DNA of 64,000 nt, taken from assembly GCA_004431415.1 (NCBI GenBank), contig QPMI01000046.1, positions 62,001-126,000 of the forward strand. The letters are read 5' to 3'. Position 1 is the first letter of the stretch. The number at the start of each line of letters is the position of its first letter. The position numbers were made by a program, and so were the translations under genes. The notes below the pieces were generated by a model that was not told the origin of the DNA, ran no database searches, and saw only the letters and a program-made list of their open reading frames with translations. Positions 25,301-37,300 of the stretch are shown piece after piece. The DNA comes from Cyanophora paradoxa CCMP329 (lineage: Eukaryota > Plantae > Glaucophyta).

Positions 25301-28300
25301 TCGCACCATTAACGATCCGTAGCCAGTATGCTTGAGTTGTTCAAACCCAAATTGCACGGTTGTCATTCCGAGGCCCCAGCCTTCAACCTGATATAGACGG
25401 TCGAATCACTCTATAGAAAAAAATCTAGTCCATAGACGTTGTTGAACCGCAATGACGCACAGGGAATCCTTGGGTCTGCGGACAGCACGTGCACGTTTCA
25501 GACCAGGCGGATAAATGCAGTCTAAACAACCACGAATACGCACAATCAAGTCCTGGCGATGTGCGATTGAAGAATTCACGAACGGCTGTTAGTGAGCGCA
25601 CATTTGCAGAGAGATAGAGATCTAGAGATCGCGCGCACTCCGCAGTAGGGCATTTGTCTGAGTCGAATGACATCGAATCAGCTTAGATAATCGCGATCGT
25701 GAAAACAATGCGGGCTCACCGGCCTGTCTTGCAACCTGTGCCCTTCGAACAATCAGCCTCGTTGGCAATGTAGTCGTCGGACTCTGCTCGCAGGAGGATT
25801 GTGAGCCCAGAACTACATAGTGAGGCGCTAATAGAAGAAAGCGGAGAGGCAGCTGCAGCGTTGCGTACGAGGCCATGTGTTCCACTGACGAGCGCACACG
25901 TGCACGCGCATGGTTTCATGTGAATAAGGCGTTCGAATAGCTCAGGGCGCCGGCGGGTGAGACTTACCCCATCTCGATCCACGTCGACAAACAAGCCGAA
26001 CCCCGTGTATCGGTTCTGACTGTACCCGAAGGGCAGAGTTGGGCTGACGTTTGGGGCGTATTGCGCGCTGCCAATTGAGCCATCATATCCGTGAATCGCT
26101 GCCATTAAGTGCTTTCCGAAGACAAAGTAATCATTTAGATCTTGCGCGAAGCTGGTCGCTGCTCGCGCTGTTTGGATTCCAGCGTAGGTTGTTTTTACAA
26201 CGGTGCTGCGAATGCCTACGGAAGGCCCAACGAGATCCCAGCTGTGAAACGAGTTCGGCCAGGGGGGGGTACAGGGGGGGTACAGGGGGGGAGGGGCGGC
26301 CCGCGGGGGCCAGGGGCGCTGGGCCCTCGCGCCCCGGATCACGATGCCGCCGGCCGGGGCGGCGGCGGCGGGCGGCGGCGGCGCCGAGATCTTCCCCCTG
26401 CGCGGCGGGCCCGCGACGCTCCTCGGCGCCCTCGCGCTCGCCCTCAACCCGGGGCTCGGCGTCGGCGCCCTCTTCGGCATCCGCATGGACCCGTCGCAGT
26501 ACGCCGAGGTCGAGGTCGAGCCCGGCGCCATCCCGCTCGAGGCGTGCATCGCGGCCACCTCGGGCCTCGACGAGGTGGCCCCCATCTGCGTCTCCGACGA
26601 CGGGCGCTACCTGGTGGTCTGCTCGGACTGCGGCGACGTCGTGACCGTCTGCCGCGCGGAGGTGGTCGGGGACGTGGATATGTGGGCGGCGGCGCCGCCG
26701 CGCGTCGTGTACCGCCGCGTGGGGACCCTCAAGTTCTACATCGGCAACGAGGTCTTCGCCGGCGCCGCCGACGCGTTCCGCTCCTTCCGGTGCTGGGTCG
26801 TCGAGGAGCGCCGCGAGATCTACTTCGCCTGGAACAGGGAGAACGTGCGGATGTACAGGCTCCCGGGGCTGCTTGCGGCCGGTTAGGTAGTGGTCATGTA
26901 TCAATCAAAAACCACGCCGCGGTCGCGCCGGTAGCCCCCCGCTTTTCCGCTCCCACCGCCGCTGCTTGCGGGCCGCGGCGGCCCAGGCGATCGCCCCGGA
27001 GCCGAGCGCGAGGGCGACCATGGGGACCCAGGGGAGGGCCCCGCCCCCGGCGCGGAGGGCCCGCAGGTAGGTCGAGACCGGCGGCGGCCAGGCACTGGAG
27101 GAGGATGCGCTCGGGCGCCGAGTCGGCGTCGGAGGCGGAGGCGGAGGCGGAGCTCATGGGGGGGGGGGGGCGCGAGGTGCGACGTGAGATGTAGTAGGGG
27201 GAAAAATATCTCCTCCTCGATGAAAACGATGGCAGTTCCGCTCCCGACCCAGTTAGAGGGGGGGCTCCGGGCGCTCCTCGCCGCGCCCCCCCAAGAGTAC
27301 ACCCGGGCCTTCCAGTCCTTCATTCAGCTGCCTGGGTTCGCGGAGAACCAAGCCCTGATCCTGCGCCGCCTTGACAGGGAGGTCCGCAGCGCCAGAAACG
27401 ATGCCAAGAGATACGCAACAGAAGTCATCATCGGCCTGTTGAAGTCCGAAGAATACCGCAATCGGGCCGTAGTCGAGCGCACCGTCGAAGAGTTCATTAA
27501 GTCTGTAGCTTTCGGCGGGCCGCCCGAGCTGCTTCGGATTGCAGAGGGCCAGGATCCACTCGCGGGGTATGCGAGGATCACATTTGGAAGGCCCGGCTTT
27601 CTGCACGACAACAACTTCCACGGGGCGTTAGTGGCAAGTGCCGTGACATTCGCCCGCGTGCACCGGGTGCGCACCGACATCACATGGTCGCCGTGGGCAG
27701 TCGGTTGAATCCAGCTGACGAGCGGCTTATTATTTTTTTTCAATGCAGTAGTAACAGCAGAGACTACTATGGGGGCGATCTTTGGGACGCCCGGTGGCGA
27801 GCTGTTGGGCCTACTACACGAAAGGATACGCCCAAGGGAGAATGCAAGTCAGCTCCAACGGAAGTTTTTGAAGCCGGTTGAGCAGGCGGACCGGTACGAA
27901 CGGGGAGAACTCGTGCAAGACGATGATGCCCCCGATCGAATTGCAGCTTTCTGGAGAGGGTACGAGAAGGCTACCAACAGGCCCGTGCATGGGCGCATTG
28001 CCCTTCTAGCGGATAATCTCAATGCGGGTTTCGGCCTCCTTCAGGGGTTTGCAGACGCCGGGGACCAGGCATCGACCTGGACCGTCTTTAGAAATGGTGA
28101 ATTTGTCGAGGCGGTGTTCTTCGACCACCCGACGGCAGTTCCAACACCCCCCGCGGGGTACATGGACTGGCTGTGGGCGAAATCTGGGCACCGGCGCCGG
28201 CGCCGCAGCGCCTATTTTGACGACGACGACGACGACGGTGACGACCAGTCGAGAGAGCTGTTATTCAATATCCTGATCGGGAACATCGACGCGCTTGGGC

Positions 28301-31300
28301 GCTTGTTCCCAGTCGGCTCCGTTTCCGGCTTGCCCGAGATGTTGGGACGAGAAACCAACGAGGCCCTGGCCTTCATCGCCTGGATCCACCAGCCTGGTAA
28401 TGGGATTCGGCGTTGAGTGACCTGGCTTTCCTCAGCTGGAATGAACATTGACGGGGCGCCTTTTGTCGACCGGCGGAACTACGCCCGGTCGCGGCGGCCC
28501 CCGCCGCCGATAATGGCATTGGCCGGGTGTCTCTTCGTGTTAACTAGCGACGCAGCAGAGCTAGCTAGCAGGCTAGTAGCAGCGCTCGAGCTCAGGGCTA
28601 GCTGATCGCACGGGCTCCGAATCCAGGTCCCATAGGGCCCTAAAGGCTATAGCTAGCATGCCGGCCCGTCGCCGCACGCTGTACGTAGCATGCCTGGCTC
28701 TAGAGCCTCTTGCTAGCCCCGCCGCCCCCGGTACTGGCCGTCACCAAGGTGCTCGCAGCCCCCTTGCCAACAACGACTGTCACAGGTGGCAAATTGCCTG
28801 CCTCTGCATACTGGGAGGGCGTCAGCGGGGCGGGGCGGGGCGTCGGCGGGGCGGGGGCGGGGCGGGGCGGGGCGGGGGCGGGGCGGGCTAGAGCTAGCGG
28901 GGGCGGGGCGGGGCGGGCTAGAGCTAGCGGGGGCGGGCGGGGCGGGGCGTCGGCGGGGCGGGGCGGGGCGGGGCGGGCGGGGGCGGGGCGGGCTAGAGCT
29001 AGCGGGGCGGGGCGGGGCGGGCTAGAGCTAGCGGGGCGGGGCGGGGCGGGCTAGAGCTAGCGGGGGCGGGGCAGGGCGGGGCGAGACTATAGCTAGCGGG
29101 GGCGGGGCGGGGCGGGCTAGAGCTAGCGGGGGCGGGGCGGGCGGGGCGAGACTATAGCTAGCGGGGCGGGGCGGGCGGGGCGAGACTATAGCTAGCGGGG
29201 CGGGCGGGGCGGGGCGAGACTATAGCTAGCGGGGGCGGGGCGGGGCGGGCTAGAGCTAGCGGGGCGGGGCGGGCGAGACTATAGCTAGCGGGGGCGGGGC
29301 GGGGCGGGCTAGAGCTAGCGGGGGCGGGGCGGGGCGAGACTATAGCTAGCGGGGGCGGGGCGGGGCGGGCTAGAGCTAGCGGGGGCGGGGCGGGGCGAGA
29401 CTATAGCTAGCGGGGGCGGGGCGGGGCGGGCTAGAGCTAGCGGGGGCGGGGCGGGGCGAGACTATAGCTAGCGGGGGCGGGGCGGGGCGAGACTATAGCT
29501 AGCGGGGGCGGGGCGGGGCGGGGCGAGACTATAGCTAGCGGGGGCGGGGCGGGGCGGGCTAGAGCTAGCGGGGCGGGGCGGGGCGGGGCGCACTTCAGGC
29601 AGCAGGTTCCAGTAGCGAGTGGCGACCGAGCAGAAGTTGACGAGATCATCGAGGTTTAATAACTTGACAATGCGCAGGACGGCATCATCCGGCAACTGTG
29701 GCGCGTGAGAAGAAGAGATACTGTGCGCAAAGAAGAACGCACATCATCCATACACGGCGCATGCTGTGACCGCGAGAGGCGAGGGGTCAGAGAGGCAGGC
29801 AAGCGCGCGCCGCATGCCGCAAGCTGCTTCCGCACCATCTCGCCGGCCTCCGCCTGCGGCACGGCCGCACCGCCGGCGGCAGAACCGCTCTGAGGCCGGG
29901 AGCATCAGGGGAGGGAGAAGCGCGCGCAGAACGATGTTTGCGCACCCTCTGCTGCTCGTTCGTGTGCATCGCGGCCGCCGGCTCGCGCCCGGGCTGCAGC
30001 GGCGAACCGTCGTCATCGCCGGGAGGCTTCCTGGCCTGCACACGCTTCGAGCGCCTCGGCTCGAAGCCGGTATCCTCCTCCTTCTCCTCCCAGCGCCGCC
30101 GCTTCTCCGGCGGCATGATGCTGGTGCACGCGAGGGGTACAGGGATGCGCGCGCATCGACGTACCCCCGGCGACCGACTGACTCGCCGGCGGTGCAGCGA
30201 GCGCCCCCGATCTGGACAGCGGCCCGCGGTGCGAACGATGGCGAGTGCTTCCGTGCGCCAAACGTGCGCGCTGCAGATGACGAAACGGCGACGGAGCCCG
30301 AGCCGAGACGACGGCAGCACCGCCGCCATCGACTTGTTCACGGTGCGCGGCTGCCGATAGATAACCACGCGCCGAGGCCTCAGCCGGTGCCCCGCAGCCC
30401 CTGCCGCGCGACATCTTCTTCCGCATCGTGGCATTCTGTGCGAGCCCGCTCTACACGCTCTTCTGTGTGCTGGCCAGGGCGTGCAGAACGTTCCGAGATG
30501 CCGTGAGCGCTCAGCCAGCGGCGCCCGGGGCCCGCCCGCGCGCGCCGCGCGCGCTCATGCGACGACGCAGGCTCGGGCCTTCAGGGCGCCCCGCGTGATC
30601 TTCCGCGTCGAGTGCATGAAGTACCACCTGCCGTTCTCCGGCGATGTCGACATCCGCGTCGGCACCTTCCGCCAGGTGGGCGCGCCGCGCCCGCAGTGCG
30701 ACCCAGCTAGCTCATGGGGGCGCACAGGCCGTCGATGTTCTCCTCGGCCGCGTGCACATGTCGGCCGCCAGGTTTAAGAAGAAGAGGAGGACCGCGATGA
30801 AGCTCATCGTCTTCAAGCGCGACGTGGTCGAAGGCGACCCGGATCCACGCCGCTACGAGGCGAGAGGCCCCGCCCGACCCGCCCCCGCCAAGCCCGCCCC
30901 GCCCTGAGCGCCCGGCGGGCGCCAGGCTGTCAGCGCATACCTGCTCGAGGGCACCTTCACGGAGGTGACGGAGGTGGTCTTTTCCCTCGACCGCGTGGAG
31001 GGCGTCCTCGCCCACCTGCCCCGGTTCCTCCTCGCGAGGCGGCCCGGGTCGATCGAGATCCGCTTGACGCGCGAGGGCTTCACCGGCCGCGGCAGGCCCG
31101 CGGCCTTCGCCCTCGTTGAGTACCTCATTCGAGCCGCCGCCGCAAGCCGGGGGCCTGCGGCGCTCAACTTCAGCGTCAGCACGTGGGACTACACGACCGG
31201 CAGCCTCCCGCCGTTCATCGCCGCCGCGCAGGAGGACGACTACTTCATCGTGAACACCGGCCTCACCGGGCACAGCATCCCGTCCAACGCCATCAACAGG

Positions 31301-34300
31301 GTGCGCTCGGGCGGGCGGGCCCCGCGGGCGGGCCGCTAAGCTCGCTGCCGCAGCTCGGTTTCAGCATCGACGGCCCTGCGCGCCCACCGGCCCCGCCGCC
31401 TCCTCCTCCTCGACTGCGCCTCGCCCGTCGCGCCGCCCGCCCTTGCCGCCCTCGGCGCCAAGCACGTGTACTCCCCCCCCTCCGACGACTCCTCGTAGCC
31501 CGGCGCCCGCCCCCCGTTCCCCTCCCCCCGCAGCTTGGACCGAAGCTTGAGCCGACTTTCGATCTCACAGCACGACGAAGGGGTAGGGGAGGGGGGAGAG
31601 GCTGAGGGGCACCGAGACCTCCCGGCACTTGTACAGGATGAGCTGGCGGGGCGGGCGAGCGGCCATCGCAGCGAAGAGCTCGAACAGCGGCTCGGCGAGG
31701 CGCCCCATGTGCGCCCTGCGGCGGCGCGGGCGTGTGAGCAGCGGGCGGGCGGGCGGGCGGGCGGGCGGGCGGCGCAGCGCGGCTCGCCCGGCGACATAGA
31801 CGATGAGGGGGTGCGGGCACTCGAGGACGATGCGGCTGGCCGTGCGGATGATCAGGGGGGCTTCGGGCGCTGCAGTACGTGGCGCCCTGGGGGGCCACCC
31901 CGACGCAGCCCACCAGGGGCGTCTCCTTCCCCACGACGCACCAGCCCGGCTCGCACAGGCCCGTCTTGGTGCACTCCCAGCGCCTCACCCCCGTGGCGTT
32001 GGCGCACTGGATCTTCATCTCTCCCGGCTTGCAGCCGTTGAGGCAGAAGTCCCTCCTCGGCGTGCAGCGCGTCTCGTCGGCGCACCCCGTGATGGCGTAC
32101 TCGTCGGGGAGGCACCCGTTGTTGCAGCGGCGCAGGGGGCCCGCGCACGTGGTCTCGTCCGTGCACCCGCTGATGGGCCACTTCCCCGGCTCGCAGCGGT
32201 TGCCGCACAGCTTGTCGGCGCTGCAGACGGTCTCGTCCACGCACCCCTCGATCGGGGCCGTCCCCGGCTCGCACCCGCTGAAACACTCGCCCTTCCTGCT
32301 GCAGCGCGTCCCGTCGAGGCAGTCCTTCATCTCCACCTCGCCGGGCAGGCACTCGTTCTCGCACACCCCCGGCACCTCCGAGCACACCGTCCCGTCGAGG
32401 CAGCCGTCGATGGGGAAGAGGTGCGGGGGGCACCCGTCGAACCGCGAGCACTGGGTCGGGCAGCGCGGGTCCGCCATGTTGGGCGCGGCGGCGGGGCACC
32501 CGTTGCGGCAGATGTTCGGGTCGGCGCCGGCCGTCACGCACTCGCCGGCGGGGCTCGCCGGCGTCCGGCAGTTGTTGCGGACCGGGGCCGACGCGGGGCA
32601 CCCGTTGAGGCACACGTCGAGCCGGGGGCCTTCCGGCACGCACTCGCCGCACTGGTTCTTGATCGGGCGGTCGGTGGGGCAGCCGTTCCGGCACCCCCCC
32701 AGGGCGGTGGAGCCCGTGGGGACGCACTCGCCGCGGGGGTTGGCCGCCGTGACGCACCCGTTCCGCACGAAGTCGCGCGGGCAGCCCGTCGCCGCGCACG
32801 TCCCCTGCTCGAAGGAGCCCGCGGGGACGCACTCCTCGCAGTCGTCCTGCTCCTCCCCGGGGGGGCACGGCGTGCCGGACGCCTCTACCGACGCCGAGCT
32901 TGCGAAGAAGGACGCAACTCGCATTCTGAACAAGGCGATGTGGACGTCGCCAGACTCGGTCACCGTATCCACTGATACGACCTGGTTTGCTACCCTATAA
33001 TTCGGCATCAGCACCTTGTCGTGATCGGGCGGCAAGGAGTAGATCTCGAGGCGGATGCGGGCGAGCCGCCCTGCCGAGACGTCTGCAGGGGCGATGGGCC
33101 AGCCCTTGTAGTAATTCGAATTCGACGTCTCGTTGTATTTGACGAGCACGCTATTCTGCACGGTGGAGGTCTGCCCGCCACGGGAGTGAGTCAGGCTCCC
33201 CCCCCAGAGTGGAAACGGCTGGGAATCTTGAGTCGTCTTCAGAGACTCGAACCCCGCCCAATTCCAAGCATCGTTGATCGAGACCAGCATGCGGATCGCG
33301 CCGAGGGCGTCCGACACGTCCCTGTCGAGCATGCACCAGATGGAGACACGAACGACACGGTACTCGCTGAAGTAGTTGTGCGGGATAAGGAGGCTGCTCG
33401 CGTTGGGGGCCAGGTCACCCGCAGCAAGGAGGCGCTCGCCGACGGAGGGGCCGACGACGGGGCCCCGGACGATAAGACCCCCGTCGAGGAAGAGGTCGCC
33501 GTTGTTGGAGAAAGCGGCCTTGCCCCCCGCAAACGTCAGGGCAGTCGACGAGGGGATCCGCAGCCGCGCGTGGTGGCCGAACACGCCGCCTCCCACAAGC
33601 ACATTGAGGTCGGGCGAGTAGGCGGCGGCGCTGAAGTTGATTGGAGCCTCCATCTCGGTCCAGCTGATACCATCCGTGGGGCGCCAGTCCTCGGGGTCGA
33701 GCGCGAAGGAGTAGACGTAGATCGGGCGCTTGGGCACGGTGGTGTGGTGCTCCGACGCCCGGGGAGGGACCGCAATCACCCTGCAGGCCGCCCCCGCGGA
33801 CCCAGCGCTCCGGGACGACGGGTGGCCGGTCTCATACGCGGACGTCCGGGGCGGCCGCCTCGTGCGCATCGAGCTCGAGATCTACACTGTGCCCCCTTCG
33901 CACGCAGACACCGCCCTGGTTGGCATCCTTGTCGATACCCACAGCGTTGGACCCGACGAGGTCCCCTGTCACACCACCGGCCAGCTGGCCCTGTCCGCCT
34001 CTGCCACCCTCCTCCACGGGCTCCGCATCCAACCCTCGGCTGGGCGCAGGTTCCTTTCAGGCTCGTACTGCGTTTTGGGGCCATTGCCCGCCTGTTCCCG
34101 GGGACGGCGGGGGGCGTGCCGGACGCTTCAACTGATGCCGAGCTCGCGAGGAAGGATGCAACGCGGATCATGAACAAGGCGATGTGGACGTCGGCAAGCA
34201 GGTCGGGGCGGCTGCAGCCGGTTATTCAGCACGAATGGGGGACATGGATGAGGGCGAAATCAACACGCACATTCTCGGGAATGACATGGGCCGGTCCACC

Positions 34301-37300
34301 GCTTAATTGCTACTTTGCAGTGACGGCGAGGGGCGATGATGTTGAAGACGAATACTCAATCGCATCTGACATGTTCGTCCTGGGCAGCCGTGATGGAGGG
34401 CATTCGTGGGAGCCCACGGTTGAAGCCCGGCAAGGATGGGATGACAGCGATTTTAACCCAGAAGGATTCAGATGCATCGTTGCATCGGGAGATGGCCATG
34501 TCTTCGCCTTGAGTCATCCCACGAATTCCTACTGGGGATCCCAGCACCATGTCAAAATCATCGAGACTGTTGATGGGTCCACATGGTCGGTTGTCTCAAA
34601 CGTGACATGCTCGAGCAATGACGGTAATTATTATGAATCTTCCTATGCCATTTACAGGGTTCTCATCTATGTGCCCGAGCTGAAGGCAACTTTCTACTTT
34701 GACGACTACAATGCGTACAGGCGGTCTGATGGGGGGGAATGGGAGGGCGGGTCCCTCGTGGATGGTGTCGACGTAATTCGCTGGTGGGGTGCAACATCCA
34801 TCTTCTACTCCCCAGTGCTAAAGAAGCTCGTCGCCCTGTGTTCGTGGTTCGTACGCACGGAAAACCGCGGCCGGCTTGTGACGGGGCCGCCGGCTGGCAG
34901 GACTCGCCGGGGGCGGCGGCGGCCTGGGCGGAGTGCCCCCAGTGCCCCCGCGGCGTCTACAACTGCTGCCCCCCGCGCCCGCCCCAGCGCCTCGTCATCG
35001 AGCCGTGAGGGCGGGGCCTCTACCGCCGGGCCGCCGCGGCGGCGGCCGCCGCCGGGCGCTTCGGCGCCCCCCTCCGGCTCGCCGCCCGCTTGGCCCTCTT
35101 CGCCTGCTCCAGCTCCCGCACGCCCTCTAGTGTGTACTCGCTCAACCGGGCCCTCTGAAGAATCCTTTCCATAGCCTGCGTCGCCGCCCGCTGGGCCCTG
35201 AGCGCGGACCACTCGGGGTGCAGGCTGCGGACTCGCAGGTACTGCGCCAGGTACAGGTGCTGCAGGGCCGACTCGCTGAGGGCGCGGGGCCGCCGCGCGG
35301 GGGGGCGCTGGTAGGTCATGGCTGTTTATTTGCTGCGAGAAAAAACGGCGCCCTGCTCTAGTAAATTATCAGGACCAGGCCGTCGCCTCCGGTCCGCACG
35401 TTGTAAACCGTGGACCCCTTCCCGCACGGGGAGACGTAGTCCGGGTCTGTGGCGTTGCCGGGGGTGTCATATGAGGCGGCGGATGTCGTACCACCGGTCA
35501 CGACCGCGCTGCCGTAGTAGCTGGAGCCCCCGCCGCCGCCGTAGTAACCGCCACCGCCGCCGTAGTAGCCGCCGCCGCCACCGCCGCCGTCTGCCCCCGC
35601 GATGTCCCCTCCCGTGTACTTCGAGCCGGCTGTGCCGTTTGCCCCGGCGTCACCGCCTGCGGCCTGGGTGCCGCCGCCGCCCCCGGTTTTGGACATAATT
35701 ACTTGGATACCCGTCAGGCCGCCGCCGCCGCCGCCTCTCTGGAAGTAACCCCCGCATGCCCCACCGCCCGCCGTGATGATGTCGTCGGTGCCTCCCTGGA
35801 CCCGGATGGCGGACCGCCCGCCCCCGCTCCCGACGTTCGTCTGGGACGCCGTGCACCGCCCGCCCCCGCCGTAGGTCGCGAGGTGCGCGTTCGGGTTGGG
35901 CCTGCCGCCCTGCCCCACGATGATCACGTAGGTCGCCCCCGGCGTTATCAGCGGCTTCCACTGCTCAACGTCGCGCTGTCGCCGCTGCTCCTCCTCCTGC
36001 TGATGCTCCTGCTGCTGCATCGCGACGACGACGACGATGCGCGCGCGAGTCAGTTCGTTGTTGCGCTACCCCCCCCCACTCCCCCCCCCCTCCTGCATCA
36101 GTGTCGTCGTCAGCCGGCCAACCGGCAGCCGCACCGGGCGCAGACGCCGTGGTGTATGAGACATCCGACGAAGCCGGGCTACAGGATCGTCTTCAGCAGC
36201 ATCAGCAGCGGCGGCAGCATGCCGAGCGAAGTCGACGCTGAGGTGGTCAGGTTGGGACTGGTGCGCGCGATTCATCTGCCTGAATCCGCCATCCGCCTGA
36301 TGATGCACGCGCGCCGGCCCGCAGCCCCGTGCGGGGCGCCGACGGCAGCGTCGGGGGCGCGGCCGGGCGCGGCCCGGTCCGGATCCAGCGCCGCCTCGGG
36401 GCGGGTGCGACGACGGCCGCCGGGGAGGGTCGATCGGCGGTGATGGGGCCGTCGGCCGGCGGGCGCCACGGGCACCGGCGGCGGGGCGGGGCGGCGGGCG
36501 GGGCCGGGGCGGGCGGGGCGGGCGGCGATGACGGTCGTGATGTCGGCGGCGGGGAGGTGGGCGCCGGGGCGCCGGGTGCCGGGGGGCGGGGGCCGGGGCG
36601 GGCGGGACGGGGGCCGAGGGGCGGGCGGCGGGGACGGGCGGGGACGGGCGGGCGGGGGCCGGGCGGACGGGACGGGGGCCGAGGGGCGGGCGGCGGGGAC
36701 GGGGCGGGGACGGGCGGGCGGGGCCGGGGCGGACGGGACGGGGGCCGAGGGGCGGGCGGCGGGACGGGCGGGGGCGGGGGACGGGGCCGGGGCGGCGGGC
36801 GCCGGCTGCTGGGTTAGCGCCGGGCCGGCCGCGGGCCGGTGCCGGAGCGGCGGCCGGGCGGGCGCCGGGGCGGGAGCCGGGTCGAGGGCGGGGGTGGGGC
36901 CGGGGGCGCCGGGGTCCGGACCGACCTTGAGGCGGAGTTTCAAGTGGTTGGAGGCGGGGTCGGCGGCGGCAGGCGGGCCGGCGGGAGGCGACGGAGAGCG
37001 CGGGCGCTTTGCCGGGGGCGGCGCCGACAAGTTGAGGTTCCTGAAGATTTCCTCACGAAGGCGGCCCCGGCACGCTGTGCAGGAGGGGCTGCTGCCCCCG
37101 TCGAACCGGGAGCGCATCATCGCGCACCCCGTGACGTATTGGTCGATCATGTCCAGCATCGACTTGAACTGACCGGAGCAGTGCGCGTGCACGTGCTTTC
37201 CGCAGCGCACCCCCTTGCACCTGAGCATGAGGAGCACCAAGGAGGCGATGATGAACTGCGCCTCCCTCCGGTACCTGCTGGTGAACGTGGGCTCGCGGAT

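Noticed and set aside
26262-26291. Telomeric repeat
   Set aside because: Only about 2.5 copies of an 11-mer, internal, and not a telomere motif I recognise.
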